A DNA stretch of 64,000 bases from Felis catus (lineage: Eukaryota): NCBI RefSeq assembly GCF_018350175.1, contig NC_058372.1:40982001-41046000 (forward strand), in the 5' to 3' direction. Positions 51,099-64,000 of this stretch are shown here, piece after piece. Made by a program: the position numbers and the translations under genes. The notes under the pieces were generated by a model. The model was not told the DNA's origin. It did not search any database and was given only the letters and a program-made list of their open reading frames with translations. Numbering within the stretch: the stretch's first letter is position 1; every line of letters begins with the position of its first letter.

Positions 51099-52499
51099 CA
51101 TTCAACCCAGCCACCAGGTCTGCTGGGTCTCCCCCCAGAGAGCCCTCTCAGCATTCCCTATTGCTCCTGGCTCTTCCAGCCCCAAGGTGGGACAGTGAAG
51201 GGAGAGCAGTTAACCAGAAGATTGCTGCTGCCCTAGGGTCTTGGCTCCCTCCTCAGGAATCTGCCTCAGGAAGGACCCTCAGGACATCCTCTCCCCGTAG
51301 TCCTCTAGAGTAGCTAGCTCTGAGGCCCCCAAGATGCATAAGGAGCAGGTATGCATCTCAGAGATGGAGCCTGCTGCTGGCTTTTCTGTCAGAGGGATGG
51401 GGCTGGCCAGCCAGGCTGCCTTGATCTGGCCTCTCTTGTTCCCTCTGCTGCCTCACTTCAGGTCCGTGTATTTCACTTTTCTTAAATAAAAGAATCAGGT
51501 AACCATTTTGCCACTTGAGTCCTGACCGAAGAGAGTATGGAGCAAGGGTTGTGTGGGGGCCCTTCACAGAAGGGCAACGGGCAGTGATGGATGGGGCAAC
51601 ACAAGAAGTGTTGATTCTTGGATCTCTCCTCTCTTCTCTTCCCTTGTTTGTATCCTCTCCAGCAGGGCCTGCAGGAAGGCATCTGGGGGATGGGGGAGGA
51701 GGCCCACAACCCAAGGAGAAGGTGCTATGGACTGGGTTGTCAGGGACATGTGGTGGCCATGTGGCAGGACCCTGGAGTCCTGGCGCCACTGCTCCGGGCC
51801 TGTGAGGCCCTCTGTGGCTGCCCCTCCTCCTCCCAGCTGCTTGGGGGAAGGGAGGTCTAAGCAGGCCTGGGGGGCCCTCCCGAGCCAGAGGGGGATGAAG
51901 CACTCACTATCCATCCCNNNNNNNNNNNNNNNNNNNNNNNNNNNNNNNNNNNNNNNNNNNNNNNNNNNNNNNNNNNNNNNNNNNNNNNNNNNNNNNNNNN
52001 NNNNNNNNNNNNNNNNNNNNNNNNNNNNNNNNNNNNNNNNNNNNNNNNNNNNNNNNNNNNNNNNNACAAGGGCTGCACTGGGCCTCCCCACAGCTGGAGA
52101 CTTGGCCATGCCCTGCAGCCCAGACTGCCCGGAGATGGACTTGGGATAAATTTGTCAGTTTAACGGCCTTCAGCCAGGCTGAAGCCGAGCCTGTTTGTAC
52201 CTTTGGGCTCAGATTGGTCCAGAGCCAAACCAGAACCCAGCCATGCACTGGTCCCTCACTTCTTCAGGGGTTCTACAGTATCTCCGGGCTACCTTGCTTG
52301 GGGACATCAAAGACACCCTTCTGTTCTAGGTCTTCCTCAGGATTTCTGGTTGCTGAGAAGTGAGTCAGAGCCCACATTTCCCCACTCCTACCCAGAGAAT
52401 TTGGGGGAACCGTTGGTCAGAGCCCCCAGGAAGGCCCAGAACTGACAATCCTCCCCAGGGGCCACAAAAGTCACTTTGGTTCTCTGAGTCCCTGCAGAT

Positions 52500-53720
52500 T
52501 GAGCGGGCGGTAGGCACAGCCGACGCCCCCCTACCTCGTCAGGTCCCCCGCACTCCCCGGGGCCTCCCTTCTTCAGTCCCCCGTCCATCTCCAGACCCCT
52601 CCCCCAACTGCGAGCTCCTCCCTCGCCACGGCGGGGTGGGGGCGTCGAAGGGGCGGGGCGCCGCGCGGCGGCCGGCGGGGAGGGGGCGTCGCGGGGCGGG
52701 GCTTGGAGGCGGTGGCTGCGGCGGCGGCGGCGCGCGAGGGTTCGGAGGTACCAGCAGCGCGCGGCTCCGGCTCGGGACGCCTCGGGCTCGGGCTCCGGCT
52801 GCGGCTACTGCAGCGGCGCCCGCGCTCCGGTGCGCTCCGCCTCCCGGGCCCGCCGCGGAGCGCAGTTCGCGCGCCCGCCGTGCGCCGGCCGGCTCCTCTC
52901 CCCGAGCCCGCCGCCGCGATGGGAGCTGCGCCGGGAACCCCGAGTAGCCTCCGCCGGCTGCCTCTGCTGAGCGTCCTGCTGCTGCCGCTGCTGGGCGGTG
53001 AGTCGCGGCGAGCTGCAGGAGCGGGGCGCGAGAAGCGCGGGAGCACCGCGGGCAAAAGGGGACACCGGGGAGGTGGCTTTGGGTGGCTGGGCCAGGCAAG
53101 ACACTGGAGTGGTGGCGAGGTCTCGGCGGGCGCGAGGTCTCGGCGGCCGGTTTGGCTAACCCCCCATGGACTCTCTCGGGCCCCTCTCCCTTCGCGCCCG
53201 TGAGGACACGTTTCCAGCCGCCACAGAGTTTTCCCGGTCTGAGCGGAGAGTTTGCTCGGGAACTGCCGGGAGTTGCCGGCTCCCGGGCCCCGGTGGCGAG
53301 TTTCTTTTCGGGAGGGAAACGACTCCCTTCTACTTGGGGGGGCGCGGTGAGGTGCTGGCGGCGGGGGAGACGGAGTTCCCCCAGCAGTCTCAGCCTAGGT
53401 GAGGGGGGCCGGCCTGGGGCCGGATGCGGGACCGACCTGCGACGCGCAGAGCGCGGAGCTTTGTTACCTACGCCGGCCAGACGCTCCCGGCTTCCCTCCT
53501 CCAAGTTCCCGGGCCAGGCTGGGACTCCTGATGGCCCTGCTGGTGCTGGCGGAAGAAGGGGAGAATTAGGGGCCGCCCCGTCTCCACCAGTTCCTGGGCC
53601 CGAGCCCTGAGCCCACTCCCAGCCGGGTCGAATCTGGGGAGCGGAGAGTCCGAGGCTGTCGCGGTGACTAATGTGTGAAGGCCGCTGCCAAAATCGGGCA
53701 TGGCCGGCCTGCAAAGGTGC
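52500..53720 (+). promoter_or_regulatory. CpG-island promoter of PTK7
   Basis: Extremely GC- and CpG-rich, with multiple GGGGCGGGG boxes upstream of the PTK7 ATG. Confidence 0.85.
52919..52997 (+). CDS. PTK7: Inactive tyrosine-protein kinase 7, exon 1 (signal peptide); intron 1 runs past the window end
   Basis: GCCGCG-ATG-G Kozak context. MGAAPGTPSSLRRLPLLSVLLLPLLG followed by a phase-1 donor G|GTGAGT. Matches the PTK7 signal peptide and the synteny downstream of KLC4. Confidence 0.92.
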
Positions 53721-56094
53721 GGACGGGGTTTGTTCTGCTTCTTCCTGGATTTCCATCCTGTCTCTCCGCACCGAGGAAAGAAAATCTCTCATTCTACGGA
53801 CAGAAAGGCAAAAAGAGTTCATTCTGCCCTTTCTTGGAGGGCCTCAGCGTTTTGATGAGGGTGTGGCCGGTATCTACAGGGCAGACAGGACCCGACACCC
53901 CCGCTCCCCCCCCCCCCCCAGCCTTTATTTCCTGACTTGGTCACACCTGAGAGTCACCAATGAGGTGTTGAAGTGCTTTACGGGAAAGCACCAAGCTACC
54001 TGCACACCCCCAACGGCCTNNNNNNNNNNNNNNNNNNNNNNNNNNNNNNNNNNNNNNNNNNNNNNNNNNNNNNNNNNNNNNNNNNNNNNNNNNNNNNNNN
54101 NNNNNNNNNNNNNNNNNNNNNNNNNNNNNNNNNNNNNNNNNNNNNNNGCCCTTTTTGGAGGAACTCTGCCCAGGACACCTGGTCCTAGCTTATCACTTTC
54201 CTCTTTCTTGGAAGAGTGGCCATAGAGAGGGTGGGGGTAGAGAATAGCCTTTTCTGACATCTCCCTTGGCTTGCCAGCTGTTGAGAGGTTCTGGTGCTTA
54301 TGGAATCAACATCTCCCCCACCCCTAGTTAAATGGAGAGGTAATTGTAACTCAAGGCGGAGAGGTAGGAACAGGCTCCAGGGATTCGTAGGAGGTGTTTC
54401 TGGAGCTGCCCTGTGTTCCTTGTGATGTGTAGGGTGGTTATTGCTCATGGCAGAACCCACATCTGCTCCCAGAGGAAGTATGGAAGTTTTTTTGCGCAGC
54501 CAGGATCGGGGGCCCAGCCATATGGGTGAGCAGCTCCAGCTCCCAGGCTTCCTAGGTCGGTGGCTGGGTTTGGGTGTGTGCGTCGCCTGATTTGGCTGTC
54601 TTCCCTGCTGATGTTTAGAGTTCTGGAGTCAAGGGGAGATTCTGGTGGGGACTGGGCCCTTGTTCGTTCAACAAATGCTAAATTCCTAAATTCCTTGTGT
54701 GAGAAGATGACTCTGATGTTAATCGATGTTAATCCGGTGACGGGTGTTTAGCATAGAGGGGGGTCTTGGGGGAAGTTAGGGCAGGCAGGCTGAGGGCTTG
54801 GGACTGGAGGTCTGGAATCTCCTCGGGGGGTGGGGAGATGTCTTGTGCTCAACAAAGGAACATTTTAATGAGAGCCTTAAATCAGTTCCACCAAATGTGC
54901 CTTGGTGTGGAACCTGTCCATGTGCTGTAAACAATTTCAGCCGAGGCTAAGGCGCCTGCTGTCTTCTGGTGAAATCCGGGGACTCAACCCACCCCCAGAC
55001 GGCATGACTTCAGGGGGCAACGATTTTTTAATAGATTATAGTAGATTTTTCCATCTTACTGTTTAACTGTGTAATTAACTGGAGTTTTAGTGAGACCCTG
55101 CTGTTAATAAGGCCGGAGTGAGGGACCTACTCTGGCTAGGTTTGTGGATTAGACCATTTTGAAGTTTGGGCAATTATGCTGTAAATGGCTGAGTAGCTTT
55201 CCAAACTTTGAGATCCCTGTTGTGATAAATACGGCGGAGGGGGGAAGAGAGGGCTTAGTGTTGAAAATCTGGGAGTCTTATCACCAGCTGTTTCAGTGGT
55301 CAGTTGTGGTCACTACCTATCACCATTCCCATCTCCCCTCTCTGGGTTCTTCCTTCCAGGCTCTTGTGTCTTTTGGGCAGATTGAGTTGTCACATTCAGA
55401 GATAGGCTGTCCTGCGGATTCCTTGAGGCTCTGCAGCCTGTAATTCAGGCCTAGGAGTTGCTTTTATCAGTGATGGGTTTCCTCAGTTGTTGGGAAGTAC
55501 CTGCTGTGGGAGGGCAAGGGTAGTCTGTGCACATCACTTGCTGAGGGATCTGATCACACTCCTGGCGTTCAGAGTGGGGCTGAATGGTGGAGAGAGCTGT
55601 GCGGGCTGTGTATTTGGCAAAACGGCAACTTGAAGTCTTTGACAGGCCCGGTGGCCCTGGGCAAATTTCTTGACCTCACAGTTTGCCTCCTCTGTAAAGG
55701 GACTTAACTTTCTGGAGTTGTGCAGAGGATTAAATGTCATGAAGTCTATACAGACTATACAGACTGTTCTTCCCTCTCCTGGGGTATGCTTCCCACATAC
55801 CTTTCCAGCCTCACAAGTCACCCCCAACCAGAAACATTTTCCACCTACTGGACCTTCCATTCCAGCCTAGCTAGTCCATTTACCATCCCCTAAGACATGT
55901 GTGGTTTCTCAGACCTTTCTTTCCTCTCAGGCCAGTCCTTGGTATGTGTTGCCTCCCCCATCTCTCTCTTGCCCGGCCCCACTTCCACTTTTGTCCCCAA
56001 AGCTGTCCCATTCTCCTGCCAGAAAGACGCCTGTAGAACTTTTGGACTCTTGTCATTCTTAGGACATGTCCATACTTTTGTCCCATTTGAGTTT

Positions 56095-57010
56095 TAACTT
56101 TCTTTCTTTTGTTTGTTTATTTACTTTGAGAAAGAAAGGGAGAAAGCCATTAGGGAAAGGGCAGAGAGAGAGGGAGAGTGAGAGAATCCCAAGCAGGCTC
56201 TGCGCTGACAGCAGCGAGCCCATCGCGGGGCTCGAACTCATGACCCGTGAGATCGTGAACTGAGTTGAGGTGGGACGCTCAACTGACTGAGCCACCCAGG
56301 TGCCCCTCAAGTTTTAACCTTCTAAAGTACCCCCCCCCCTTGTCGAATTCTTTACAGTATCATTTAAAATGAGTCCTTTTCTAGGCTTATTAAAAATGAA
56401 CCTTTTGGGTACAAGGCAGGGCAATCAAAGGCAGAAGTAAACATCCCCTTTACCTTCGAGGTGTTGGGGGTCCTGTACACTTTCCACCTTCTCTGGGTTG
56501 GGGCTGCCTGTTGTTCCTCCTTGTACCTGCTCTGCCAGGACTGAATCAAGGGGTCAGACCATTGTTCCCTGTTTCTGGGCTGTCCATTCTTTGTTGATGT
56601 GCTACGGCTTCTGGCTTTCCCCAGACATTCTGGGCAGGGGCAACCACTTCTACATGTGAAGCTGGCCTGCCTCAGAGTCAAAAACTGGGAGCTGTCTAGG
56701 GGCCATTCAAAATAAGGCCCACAGAAAAGTGGCACCAACACTCCCTGGGAGCACAAGTCAGAATTCCAGTCTGCATTTAATAAGCTCCCCAAGGTGGGGC
56801 ACCTGGGTGGCTCAGTCAGTTAAGCATCCGACTTCAGCTCAGGTCATGATCTCCTAATTTGCGGGTTTGAGCCCCCTCTTCGGGCCCTGTGCCGACAGCT
56901 CAGAGCCTGGAGCCTGCTTTGGATTCTTTGTCTCCCTCTCTCTCTGCCTCTCCCCTCCCCTCTCTCTCTCTCTCTCTCTCTCAAATAAACATTAAAAAAA
57001 ATTAAAAATA
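56095..57010. mobile_element. Two divergent CAN-SINEs in PTK7 intron 1 (- 56095-56306; + 56795-57010)
   Basis: TSDs AGTTTTAAC and AATAAGCTCCCCAAGGTG respectively. Confidence 0.88.
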
Positions 57011-60000
57011 AGCTCCCCAAGGTGACTGTACCCCAAAGTTCCAGAAGCCCAGAAGGTTTCAAATTAGGGACCCTGAATCTTGAACAGTATTTGAACATTT
57101 ACCTTAAATAACTTTTAATTCATGTGAACTCTGGTGTGACACGTGCACTTAAAAATTACCTCACCAAAAAAAGAAAAAAAAATTACCTCACTTTGGGTTG
57201 AATTTGAGTTCGATTTTGTCAGGAAACCTGTCCATTAAACGTGTGACTCCAGAAGGTGTGCGGCGGTAAGTGTGATATTCAATTCCTCCTGGAGCCTCAG
57301 CTTTTCCTCGAGGAGCGTATGTCTCATTTTATAATGAAAGTCAGCGGAGAAGTTGGATTTGTTAGGCAGAAATTTCGTCGGTGGATGACTTTTCAGGAAT
57401 ACATTTGATTCATAAAGGGAGGCGGCGTCTCTGTTGGGCTTTGGCGATGGTTGAATCTTTGGAAGACTTCATGTTTTGGAGTGAAGGGGTTTGTGTGTTT
57501 GTGTCTAAGCCAGTGGGGCTTCTGTGAGACTCATCTGGGATGGACGTTGGCCGGTTCCGACTCTATTATTTGAGCCAAGAGCAGTTTGGGGCCAGGGATT
57601 CAGTCTTCGGTGTTTTCCTGATGGAAGAAAGGGTCATGAAACGGGGCTGGGTGTCCTTGGCCTGCATCCCTCAGCCTCCTCTGCCCTTCCTAGCCTCAGT
57701 AGCATGCTTTTCTGCTCTGTGCCCCTGGCACTACCCCTGGCAAAGCCACATGGAGGGGTTACAGGTTCAGGGCCACGCTTGCTGGGGGGCGGGGAGGGCG
57801 GGCTCTAGCCTTGCCTTCGAGCTGGCTGCCTGCCTCTCTTTTGGATTCCTGCTCTGGCCCCCCCATCGCCTGGTCCTTTTGTCCCCAAAGCTGCCATGGT
57901 GACTGGGTTAGAGTCCTGTCTTGGGGTTCTCTGAGTTCACCGCTGAGTGCACATGTGGCCCTGCTGAGCCCCTTGGCGCTTTGGTGGAGCTGGCACAGAA
58001 GCTGCTACAGCTAGTCAGTGGTTTGAGGAAGCCCTCTGCAGTGTGTCACTTTTTCCATCCTCTTCTCTGCGTTCAGGCCTTTTCCCTCCCAGTAATGCTA
58101 CACAGGCGGCAGTGGGGCAGGGAGGAAGCTTTGCTGGAAGGGCTGACACGCGCAGGCGCCTTTCCCCTCTTGCAGCTTGGATTGGGGTCACCAAGCTCCG
58201 GTGTCCCTTTGTGTGATGACACTGACTGAATACACAGGTGAGTGGAACGCAGTCTACTGGGTGTCCTGTGGATCCCAAGTTCCTGCCAGAAGCTTAGACC
58301 CCGATGAGCAAGGCTATGCAGTTGCTGGGTTAGGTGGGTATTCAATGGCTGGAAACTAGGTCCAGAGTTATGGGGGTAGGGACTGTGAATCACACGTTAG
58401 GAAGATGTAGATTTGTGGTCCAGAGACCACCAGGTAATACAGAAGGAGGGCAGGTAACCAGAGGACCTATTTAAACTTTGAGCTGTATGAGCCTTATGGT
58501 TGACCTGGTCCTGGCTCAATTGCTGCCCATCCGAATCATCGGGGAAGGAGTCAGAAAAGGCATTTTCCTTCCTTATTTGTTAGGTTCTGTTGTAATTTTT
58601 GAATAGCCAATCCAGGCATGGCTCACATCTCAAAAGGAAATGGCATCTTAAAATTGCTTCCCAGGAAAAGTAAAATAAAATTGTTTCCCAGGAGATTCTT
58701 ACCTACATTCAGGTTTGAGAACTACTGGGTTGCCATAAGGAGTTTGTCCGTCCAAAGTGGAGGCGTGGTGATGAGAAAGGTTGGTATTGATATTGAGGGG
58801 CTTAGGGTGGGGTCTGTTCCAAATGTATTTGAGTGTTTTCTGTGGGTGAAGCTGTCTCAGGTGGGGTGGGAGGCAGGAAGGAGACACGATAGAGAGATGT
58901 GAATCACGTCAACTGCAGTAAAAGACAACACTTGGTAAAATGCTGAATAGAAGACCATTCTAGAATGTGTAGGAGAGTAAGTCCATGATGCAGGTGCAAA
59001 AGGGTAGTAGAAGGGCTTCAGAGAAGAGAGAGCATTGAATTGCTAGTAGATGTAGGCTGTGGTGACCAATCAGAATGACAAAAAGGCATCGTACCAGGAG
59101 TCTGAAAACTTAGGTGGTTCTTGTCTAACATCACACACATCAGTGTATGATAAAGGAAGAGAAGCGACATCTGTGGTCCTGTGACACCCGCTTTTCTATA
59201 TTCTGGTCCAGGCTCAATTGCCGCCTAGCCACATGACCTCGAGCTGGTGAATTAACCTTTCCGAGACTCAGTTTCCTCATCTGCAAAGTACAAGTGCTGA
59301 GGAAGTTATGATGTAGTACTCCCACTGGAGGTGGTTGACCCAGGGGTGCAGTCCCTCTGGTCAGCTCTGATGTCTGTTCCCAGAGACTGTCCTGACCCTT
59401 TGTCCCCTCTTAATGTGTCAGCCTTTGTTTCCAGTCCTCGATCCCTAGCATGGTTTGCAAGGCTCGACAAAGTTGCTCTTGACGGGCAGCTTTAGAAATG
59501 GTTTCCTCATTTGAGAGCACAGATTGTCTAAATGGGTCTCAGTATTCCAGCAGCAGCTCAGAAATGTGAGCACGGCCACTTTGCATTTTCTGGTGGGAAC
59601 TCTTCCCCCTCTGTCCTAGTACCAGATTCTCCCCAGGGTGCTCAGTGCTGGTGTGGGGTCACCATCTCCCTCGGCATGCTGATGTTCTTCTGGGGAGAGG
59701 GTGGTAAGCTGTGCTTCTTGCAGCTTAGGCAGACTTTTATAATACCCAAGGGAGGGGCTTTGGTCATCACAGAATGGTTGTGGGGTTTCCCCAGTCAGTT
59801 GCTCTGGGTCGCTTGGGTGAACTTCTACCAAATACCATGGGGAGGTTCCCAAGGTACGATGTGGTCAGGGATGGAGGGCTCTCCCCTGTGGGTGGTTAAG
59901 GAGGTCAGAGTAGGCACTAGCATGCACTGCTTTCCCCCCAGGAGACACACTGGCTCCTTTTTGCCCCTTCTGGGGTGCCGTTGGTGAGGCAGTGAGGAGA

Positions 60001-60134
60001 ATGATTGTTTCTTTGGGGCATGGATGGCTGAGATGTCCCAGCAGCTAGCTCATAGAGTGCCCTTGTGCAAATTAGAAACAGGCACCCTTTCTCCAAGTGA
60101 ATGCAGCCCTGCATCAGGACGCAGGGCAACCAAG

Positions 60135-60273
60135 TCAGGCTGTGTGCTGACAGCTCAGAGCCTGGAACCTGCTTTGGATTCTGTGTCTCCCTGTCTCTTG
60201 ACCCCTCCTCTGCTCACTGTCTGTGTCTTTCTGTCTCTCAAAAATGAATAAACATTAAAAAAAAAAAAAAAAA
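60135..60273 (+). mobile_element. 5'-truncated CAN-SINE
   Basis: 3' half plus poly-A, with TSD AGGAC(G/A)CAGGGCA. Confidence 0.85.
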
Positions 60274-61109
60274 AGGACACAGGGCAGTATTTCGGTATTA
60301 ACACCTTGGCTGGGCATCTTGAGCAGTGCACAACCTGAATAGTCATATGTGGCTGTCCCATTGGAATGAGTGGCTCTTTGCTTCTCAGCTGATGGTCCAA
60401 GATGATTTGGGTGACCTCTAGTCTAATACTATGTTTTAGTTGAGCCATTTTCACTACTATTCGCCTCCCTCCTGTGGTGGTGGGGTGGGACACTGCTGCT
60501 CTCATCCCACACTGTAGGAGAAGCCTGGGAGGTGGGGGCCCCAGTGCTGTACCCACTCCATATTATATGTCTGTAGCTGCTGGGGTCTTGGTCTGTTTCT
60601 AGGCTCCTCCCCTAACCCAAAGATTTTACTGCCTTGCACATGCAGGCTTCTAAAGCCTTATGTAATAATAAAGAAGGCTGGCTGAATCTTCAGGGAAGAG
60701 GGCCTGCTCAGGCCACATCTCATTAAGAAGTATCAGGCTTGCTTCTCTCCTGTGTCCTCTTTCCCTGGGCACACTGGGGGCCTCCAGTGGCCCCAGGTAA
60801 AGTGTGTAGGCTTGCTTGTTTTAGAGGAAATCCTGCAAGAGTGGTGGTACCACTTTAGTAGCAAAGATGGGTGTTGGTGGGCTTGAGTTCTGGGTACCTG
60901 GAGGTGTGAGGTGTACATTCCTCCTGAGGAGGGACTGGGAGGGAGACATGGGCCCTGCTCCCACATTTGCCACGGACTTCTCGTGTGATGTTGGGCAAGT
61001 CCCACCTTCCGCTCTGGCCTCAACTTGAGGACACAAGACCTTGGAAGACCCTTAAGGTGGTTGTCTTTGGGGCTCACCCAGCGTTGCCATATACAACGTC
61101 CAGCTGTGT

Positions 61110-61350
61110 TTATTTTTTTTTAAATTTTTTTAATGTTTTATTTATTTTCGAGAGAGAGAGAGAGAGAGAGAGAGCGCGAGAACATGTAGGGGAGGGGCAG
61201 AAAGAGAGATAGGGAGACGCAGAATCGAAGCAGGCTCCATGCTCTGAGCTGTCAGCACAGAGCCTGATGTGGGGCTCGAACTCATGAACCATGATACCAT
61301 GACCTGAGTCGAAGTTGGACTTAAGTGACTGAGCCATCCAGGTGCCCCCA
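61110..61350 (-). mobile_element. CAN-SINE
   Basis: Full length, with TSD CCA(G/A)CTGTGTTT. Confidence 0.88.
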
Positions 61351-61869
61351 ACTGTGTTTCTGTTACACGTTACATGCCCTCCTCCTCACCCTTGGTTTGA
61401 GAGAGAGGACTTTAAGGGCTGCATTTTGTTCTGGAGTCTCTAGTGCGTGGGCACAGATGTGTTCAGACTCGATCAACTGGTGATGTGGGTATTAGGGTTT
61501 AATTCTTGAATGTGAAGGGGAATGGAGAAGTTTGAGTAAATTTTGGAAAGGTTTGGGAAAGAATTCTTACGAAGGAAAAAAAAAAAGGAAGAGTTTTTAT
61601 CTGAGTAAAAGAAGGCAGAAACTTACCTGGTTGGTCCTCAAAGTACTGGAGGGACTAGTGCCTTGGTGAGGAACACCTTTTCGTTTGTACAGAAGGGGGA
61701 ACAACTGAAGGGAGGCTTTAAGCTGGAAGGAGGGGCTGGGTGTGCTTTGGGAGAGCCTCCTCTGTAATCCCAACAAGCGGACCTACCTTTGCAGTTGACA
61801 GAATGCTTTTGCTCACACTGACGTTCGATCCTATTCCCAAGGCTCACAGGTATGCAGGATGAGGGTGGT

Positions 61870-61921
61870 TGTTTTTGTTTTTGTTTTTGTTTTTGTTTTT
61901 GTTTTTGTTTTTGTTTTTTTT
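61870..61921. repeat. (GTTTTT)n hexanucleotide microsatellite
   Basis: About 8 direct copies visible. Confidence 0.9.
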
Positions 61922-64000
61922 GGCAGGGGGAGGCGGGGTAAAAGGATGGGAGGCATTTGACAGGGAAACTGAGGTACAAAGTATGATCCACTAAGGACTG
62001 CAGAGCTGGTAAACGGGAGAGCTGATTCTGTGCTCTCATATATCCTAGAGGCTATGAAGTGCTACACACACACATGCCTTGGAGTGGGGTGAACTCAGAG
62101 TGGGCTGAATGTGGGGGAGTGGATTTGGCAGGTGACATAACTGTCTGGGTGGGGTTTAGGAGCAGTCCTGTTAGAGGATCGGGAGCCTTTGCTCTTTCTG
62201 CGTAAGGAGTTGTATCAGTAACTTATGCATGCAGAGATCTTTTGGGCCACAGCATTCAAGATTGCCAATTTTTCTTGCTCTTATAAATTTTTGTTGTTGT
62301 TGTTCTTACAAAACAGCAAGGTTGAGGTTTTCAATGGCCCATTCAGAGGCTTGTGTACATGTTAAAGTTTTTAGTTATGGTCAGGCTGTGTAATCTAGAA
62401 GTCCAGAACACCGTGCCCGAATCCCCATGATTTGAGCTTTTCTCATGAACCTCTGAGCCCTCATGAACCATCTCTTCCGCCTGGTGCTTCTGGAAGGTCA
62501 CGGGCAGTTACAGGCCCTGGCTTGCAGGTGTATTGCCACATTCCAGACCAGTGTGCCTGCTGGGAGTTGCACACTAAGGTTACGCTGTGGTGGAGACCAC
62601 GTAGGTGGTAACAGAGTCATCACTGCTGTGGATAATAGAGTTGCTGCCTCTAACTACTTTTGTACAGATGGATGAGCCCACACTTGGTGGTACAGGCCCT
62701 GGCACATAGTAGGGACATGATGGATGTAGGTTTCCCTTTCATGTTTGACTTTGGAGGCAGGTCTTTTAATTTTCAAGAGATTTCAGAATTGCTTGGACAA
62801 TGACCAATGACAGTCGAGGAGATGTACGTTTTTCAGTGCCAGGTAAATTTCCCTTGAGCTGAGCTGTGAACCGCTCTTGGCAATCCTGCTAAGTTTGTTC
62901 TTCTGCTTCTGAAATTCTAGGATTCCAACATGGGAACCTGTATCCTATCATTGAAGGGGACAAAGTGGTATTTGGCGTTCTGATTCTGTTGTAGCTCGTC
63001 TGTTCAAAAACAAGAGAAGGTTCCTTTAGGTCAGCAGGTCCTTAAAGAGGGGATGTGCTAGGATAGCATGTGAGATCCCAAGGTCATTTCCAGCTACCTG
63101 AAAAACAAAATTCACAAACAAAGAAAATGGTTGTCTTGTAGCCTTAGAGGGGGAAAAAACCAAACCAAAACAAAAAACCAGTAAGAAGTGCTGTTGGTCT
63201 CACAGCGCCAGCTACAAAGAGCAAACCATCCTATCTGTTTGGTTAATTTAGCAGATTAACCCGTTGTTAAACTGACCAATTTAGAAAATGCCCAACTTGC
63301 AAGCAGCTTTGTGCCTGTGATCCAGCCTGTGATCCGGCCTGTGATCCGAGCTCCTCCTCCACCGCAGGGGTCCGGGCCTCCTGCGGGAGGAGCTTCCAGG
63401 GGGAGGAGGGGCTGCTGGGCCCAGGAACAGCCCCGGGGGGCCTGGAGGAGGATCTCTGTCTGCTCCTTACCGCTCCCCTCTTTCTGAAAACTCCTTAAAA
63501 CAAAAGACTTTTTATTTAGTAAACACACACCCTGCCTCATTGAAGTGTTTTGAGTTTGTGTTGGTGCAGTACAGGCCGAGGGGTGGCGAGGTTTCCCTTC
63601 ATTGTAAGGGGCTGGGGTGCTTCTCTGGCCTCGCATGCCTTTTTTTCCCTCTCTTTACCTTTGTTTCCGGGGCCATTTGAACAGGGTCTGAGAGGTCCCG
63701 CAGAGCTGGCCTGCTGTGTCTCTCTACTTGAGCCTCCCTGTGAGACTCACTTTCCCGGCCCCCCCTGGAGCTGTTGCCGGCAACCCAGAAAGGAGGCAGG
63801 GGAGCTTGGGCCAGCCGGGGCCGGGCTTGGGTGGCACCCCTCTCTGTCCCCTTCCCACCCAGCCCAGATCAAAGGAGCCCTCCTCAGGGAGCGGGGAAAT
63901 ACCTCTCCCAATAGCCCCACCAGTGAGTAAACAGCCAGGGCCTCTTGTAGCTTTTGAAGCGGGGTGCTGCAGGCCCGGAGGAATGCAGAACATTTCATTT

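Noticed and set aside
52539-53822. 427-aa minus-strand ORF and other long ORFs over the PTK7 promoter
   Set aside because: Extreme GC content depletes stop codons. The composition is low-complexity Pro/Ala/Arg/Gly with no recognisable domain.

Overview
Gene-dense mammalian region from a feliform carnivore, most likely a cat-family species (many CAN-SINEs, several of the young feline type). It is syntenic with human 6p21.1. Gene order: 3' UTR end of PPP2R5D (+, inferred from synteny and a poly(A) signal), MEA1 (-), KLHDC3 (+), RRP36 (+), CUL7 (-), MRPL2 (-), KLC4 (+), then exon 1 and the start of intron 1 of PTK7 (+). I rebuilt exon structures by hand from splice signals and recognisable protein sequence. 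All visible reading frames are intact. N-gaps hide the KLHDC3 start codon and part of one CUL7 exon. The rest is CpG-island and bidirectional promoters, about 30 CAN-SINEs (nested, tandem and inverted), and old L1, L2, MIR, LTR and DNA-transposon remnants. I found no convincing new gene or system. The best leads recur at gene 5' ends. CUL7, KLC4 and MEA1 each have an upstream start whose effect (in-frame N-terminal extension or out-of-frame overlapping uORF) depends on which nearby splice site is used. In MEA1 and PTK7, ATG starts I recall from human isoforms appear here as in-frame CTG or GTG. All human comparisons are from memory and need checking.
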